Below are positions 60,678 to 64,000 of a stretch of DNA of 64,000 nucleotides, piece by piece; within the stretch, counting starts at the first letter, position 1, and the number at the start of each line of letters is the position of its first letter. Where the stretch lies: NCBI GenBank assembly GCA_030141605.1, contig JAQGDQ010000039.1, forward strand, positions 248,001 to 312,000, written 5' to 3'. The notes beneath the pieces are model-generated. The model ran no database searches and was not told where the DNA came from. It saw nothing but the letters and a program-made list of their open reading frames with translations. A program made the translations under genes and the position numbers. Origin of the DNA: Tubiluchus corallicola (Eukaryota > Animalia > Priapulida).

Positions 60678-62199
60678 GCTAGAGTTACGGCTGTGAAGCA
60701 TGAGGAACGCAGGAAAAGATTCTGGCTAGTTTTCACATCAATTTTCAGTTTGAATTTTTATATTTCTCGTCTATTTCCTCATTTACAACATTTCTGCAAC
60801 ATGGTTAGACCGATCCAGATTTGAGTCCTCCGTTACAATACATACATACAACAATATTACATAAAACAAAAATTCAGTTTTGTGGGTGCGTTCATGGGGG
60901 CCGTCGGGATGGAGTCGGCAGTTGAGAAAGCACACTACAATACTTTTCGCGCGACTAACTACCTACAGCCGATCCTGGGTTTGCTTACAGCATGTCGTCC
61001 ACTGTGTGACTGTGCCCACCGCCCTACAAGCTCATTTGCTCCTGCCGGTCTGCCATTTAAATGGTCATTTAGTCCCTTGATTTCGCTGCCCATTAGTTTT
61101 TAACTCTTCTGTCACTTTTTTAACCTTCTATAAGGTAAGTGTTCGAAGCTGACATTAATGCGTTGTGCTTCATTAATGCTCTGTGTTCTTTAAAGATTGT
61201 TATTCTGTAGTTAATGGAAAACGGTAACGAATAGTAGAGTGTACGTGTGTACGCAGTGTGGATAATTATCATGTGTTATTAGTGACTATACATGGTGTGT
61301 GATTGATTGATTGATTTATGATGATGATGATGATGGCGACGGCGACGATGATGATAAGTAGTTTTGCGCCTTATTTTACCGAGTTAATTAGCGACCTTGA
61401 AGCATTAATTAGTGAACTAACGATCGAGGAACCAATAAGCTTCCAGTTCATTGGACTCAGAAAGTAGGCCGAACTGAGCTAAGCTGAGACAGCAGTGTAC
61501 TTAATGGTTTTCAAATAACTTTTTTGTTCTTATTTGTTTTATCAAAATCTTTTGAGATCATGCTGCAGAACCGTATTTATGACACGAACAGAAAATTAAT
61601 TCCCTTTATTAGGATACGAGAGAACTAATGTTTTAGGAAACTATTTATTTATTTATTTTAGATTTAAATCAATACATAAAGTACTACATCAAACAAATAA
61701 GTGATGCAGTTTATAAAACTAGATACACAAGATAAAAAAACTGTGCAAGTGGAGCACAGATTAGTTTAAATAATGTTTCAGAATCAATCCAATTTGTAGA
61801 AACTGGATTTTCCGTCGATAGATGGCGGAAAAAACCGTCTAGAATCTAGTTGGTGTTATATTATGAGTGCTACATTTTAGTAGGTACAATGAAGGCTACA
61901 ATACAATGCCATCCTTCAGTTCCCCCCCCCCCCAAAATAAAATATTTTGAAATTTTGTCTGAATATCATGTTTCTTATCTCGTTGTATCTACGCTCTAAT
62001 TTGATTGATGCGCTTTACTAAAACAACAGAGGACGCTATGAAGCAAAAAGTTGAAACAATTATGATAATCATATCGAAATTTATTGTGTAGTGTTGTGAC
62101 AGATAGAATATAACAATTTATAATGCATATTACCTCTAATAATCACATTAGGGGACTCTTTAATCCTCGTAGTCGCTAAAGTGCAAGCCAAATGCATGT

Positions 62200-62530
62200 T
62201 AGTAATGTAACTCGTATTCAGAATAAGCCATCAGAAGCAGGTAACTCAGAAATGAGTTCATCAAAGCAAGCAGTTTTTCTATCGTAGGTACAGTAACGGT
62301 TTTGTTGTGCATTGTTTTCTGCGTACGTAGCACATGTATTTTTCCCTGCTTACGTAGAAGAGCTGTATTTAGTCTCAGAAGTGGACTGTTTTTTTAGTCA
62401 GAATACTGTTATTAATAACTTGCTGTTCAATACCGATACAGTTTTTAGATCGGACGTTTTTAGATCGGACATTTTTAAGGGTAGCAAAGAATTTTATGCC
62501 ATACCCATTCTAACTAACCCTTTCTTGTAT
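62200..62530. repeat. Dispersed repeat also present at about 1005-1300
   Basis: Shared gtattcagaataagccatcag...ttgttgtgcattgttt...cagaatactgtta; followed by a duplicated 44-bp unit at 62490-62576. Confidence 0.65.
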
Positions 62531-64000
62531 ACGAATTTTATGCCATACCCATTCTAACTAACCCTTTCTTGTATACAGTATAAGTTTGAAAAAATAATCA
62601 GAGCATTCGTAACGCACAAGTCACTAACTAAGCTAAAGTCGAAATTACTGTATATATTGTCAATAAGATTGAAAATACGCTTTTTGGTTAGTGAGTGGTG
62701 CACCCTGGAGGTGAGTCAACGACATTTTACCAATTATTGGCGAAAGCATTTTAAATAATTAATACTTTTCTTTTCAAGTTACATAAGTCTTTCAAGCAGG
62801 TAAGCGAAATACTAAGTAATATAACTCTTCATGGAAAGTTTTTTGGGACATGGTTTAACATTTCCTTTTCTTCCCTTGATTTACGTTGTGCGTATATGAC
62901 GCCATGTAATGGTGCGGTCGGAACAGTACTGAGGGAGATATAAAATGAAAACTGTAACATCGTGTGACAATAAAACACGTTTGCAAATTATTTTTGCCTT
63001 TATAGATAAGTGTCAGGATTATTATTTCAATTTACAGAGCGAACATTGTACAGGACATTATAAAAAAACAGTCTTTCAGCAAATAACACTAACAAAGTAG
63101 TAGTTTACCAAGACGAGGTCTTCTCCAGTACTTGGGTAGGACCGGTCCTTCTTCACGCACGTTGTAGTAATGCGGCAGAATTCGGTCTCCAGTGGAAGTT
63201 GGCTAAGTTAGAGTCTCTTCGTGGGCAGCGGGTAGCCTTTTCCAGGTAGCCAATACGTCTCATATCCAGGCCTCGAAAGCTAGCCGACCAATCAGAAACG
63301 AGTTCTGGGTGAAATGATCTCAATAGTTCAGTGACGAAGCTTTCACATTTGTTCAAAGTTGGACATAATATTGTCATGGAAAAAATTGTTGCTAAACATT
63401 TTTTTTTGAAAAATAAAAGTGATGTTGAAACGAAACGAATTTTATCTTCTTCTGCCTAATAACATATTTAAGGTAGCTTAACAGAAAATGGCTTCAATTA
63501 ATGGTTAACTTTGTCAAAAATAATGCTACTCTTGACTAAAGATGGCAGCACAAGCTTGGAACATTAAATCATTACATCAATATTATCCATCGTTAGGTAA
63601 ACAATACGTGATACCGTTTAGGTTAATACTTAAAGTGAAAAATAATTAGTAGCAGTAATCTGCTAGAAGGGGGACCATCACAAAAACAAACAAAAAATCC
63701 TTTCAATGCGAGTACGATATATGTATAAAATTGCTATAAAACAATACAATTTTTAAGGCAATTTTTCTTAAACTTACTTCAGGTGCCCCTTTTCTTGTCC
63801 TTTAAACTTGTTACAGTATGCATGCAATATGTACTTGTTATTCTGTGTTAACGGCGCGTTCAGACTAACGAGTTTTCTCTCTGACAGCAAACGAGCAAGT
63901 GTGAATGCTTTCAATTCACTTCAATTCAATTGAATTCATACTTTTATTTCAGACTTAAAATACAGATATAAACAGCCTTGCGAGTTACTGGCGGCAAGTT

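Noticed and set aside
60878-61135. GC-richer block with short plus-strand ORFs and a downstream gtaagt
   Set aside because: No recognisable motif or partner exons; cannot be supported as coding.

Overview
AT-rich invertebrate-animal genomic DNA with spliced genes; no prokaryotic features. Manual GT-AG exon assembly on the minus strand gives a tandem cluster of three paralogous secreted-protein genes. Gene C spans 58584-44207 (about 495 aa), gene B spans 38031-11832 (about 569 aa), and gene A starts at 9429 and runs off the left edge. All three share one architecture: a signal peptide; a single ZP-N-like domain carrying a long Tyr/Arg/Asp tandem-repeat insertion; a conserved RIRR furin-type site; an EB/EGF-like module; an EGF; a truncated LDLa ending in a Cys-Cys-Cys junction; and complete LDLa repeats. 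Gene B adds a further EGF and an 8-Cys module. No ZP-C domain or transmembrane segment is visible in B or C. A fourth, complete 103-aa secreted two-module gene (D, 30811-26255) is derived from the family's 3' end and lies on the same strand inside the apparent 15-kb first intron of gene B. Gene C has been truncated by a new terminal exon followed by a Penelope-like inverted repeat that carries hammerhead-ribozyme motifs and an AATAAA; its old 3' exons are decayed. The paralogs show patchwork near-identity, consistent with gene conversion. Introns contain degraded CR1/L2 LINEs, a Tc1/mariner remnant, MITE and foldback elements, tRNA-like SINE heads and microsatellites. All domain names come from visual motif recognition, not database searches.
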